Source: Parvibaculaceae bacterium
GTDB taxonomy: Bacteria; Pseudomonadota; Alphaproteobacteria; RS24
Assembly (NCBI GenBank): GCA_965219965.1
Contig: OZ244796.1
Location: forward strand, 391,015 to 455,014
Length of the DNA: 64,000 bases
Direction of reading: 5' to 3'
The position numbers and the translations under genes were made by a program. The notes beneath the pieces were generated by a model, which worked only from the letters and a program-made list of their open reading frames with translations, made no database searches and was not told where the DNA came from. Positions 63,573 through 64,000 of this stretch are shown one piece after another. Positions within the stretch are counted from its first letter, which is position 1. Each line of letters begins with the position of its first letter.

Positions 63573-64000
63573 TAGCCGTCCGCAAATGCACCATTAAAGC
63601 GTACAACACCATCTGTCGCTTCAATCAATGTGCCGATTTGAAAAACCTTGCCTATGCCTTGCGCTTGCAAAATCGCGGTAATGTTTGCCACTGCATCGGG
63701 GACGACAACCAGCACCATGCCAATACCACAATTAAACACCCGTAGCATTTCGTCTGTTTCAATCGCCCCTTGCTGTTGTAGCCACGCAAAAACAGGCGGC
63801 AATGGCCAGCTTTTAAGGTCAATGTTGCCTGCCAGCTCGTCGGGCAAAATGCGCGGCAGATTTTCGGCAAAGCCACCGCCCGTTATATGGCATAGCGCTT
63901 TGAGGCCAGATGTTTCGCGCAACACCGCTAGCACGGGCTTAACATAAATATGTGTCGGCACGAGCAACGCATCGGCCAAATTTGGGTGTGGGCTGGCAAA
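63572..64000 (-). CDS. purM: Phosphoribosylformylglycinamidine cyclo-ligase (AIR synthetase), C-terminal part; continues beyond the window
   Basis: HITGGGFAENLPRILP and FNCGIGMVLVV motifs. The reading frame is open to the window edge. Confidence 0.9.
   Translation of the reverse strand, partial: FASPHPNLADALLVPTHIYVKPVLAVLRETSGLKALCHITGGGFAENLPRILPDELAGNIDLKSWPLPPVFAWLQQQGAIETDEMLRVFNCGIGMVLVVVPDAVANITAILQAQGIGKVFQIGTLIEATDGVVRFNGAFADG

Overview
This is a gene-dense stretch of an alphaproteobacterial chromosome. The assignment rests on synteny: rpsF-rpsR-DUF2232-rplI-dnaB-alr, radA-cvpA-purF, fabD-fabG-acpP-fabF-mltG-gmk, lptD-surA-rsmA, lptFG next to pepA-holC, and purM-purN. I call about 60 protein genes and one tRNA. 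There are no rRNA genes, CRISPR arrays, transposases, integrases or prophage genes. Almost everything is housekeeping:
- Replication and transcription: dnaG, rpoD, dnaB, holC, radA.
- Methionine and one-carbon metabolism: a SahR-like regulator with metF and metH.
- Purine and guanine synthesis: guaB, guaA, purF, purN, purM.
- Fatty-acid synthesis, envelope biogenesis (Mla, Lpt, BamB, SurA) and ribosomal proteins.
Many neighbouring genes overlap by 1-4 nt (ATGA or TAATG junctions), so the region is compact.

The items that deserve a second look are:
1. An AT-rich single-gene insertion between guaA and panB. It encodes a small protein with a clear BRCT C-terminus and a WYL-like N-terminus, and it is bracketed by an 8-bp inverted repeat.
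2. ndk interrupted by a one-base deletion in an A4 run.
3. A roughly 95-residue N-terminal remnant of a Ppx/GppA phosphatase fused onto the rlmE start.
4. A histone-H1-like protein made of about ten tandem 33-bp (11-aa) repeats.
5. A palindromic candidate operator in front of the SahR-like regulator.
6. An anti-Shine-Dalgarno leader upstream of rpsF.
7. Missing neighbours: no pdxA between surA and rsmA, no mlaD next to mlaFE, and no pssA after psd.

Together with items 2 and 3, the missing neighbours hint at mild genome erosion. I found no convincing multi-gene novel system. The WYL-like/BRCT orphan is the best candidate for something undescribed. All calls come from reading the translated ORFs and the DNA by eye. 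No database search was possible.
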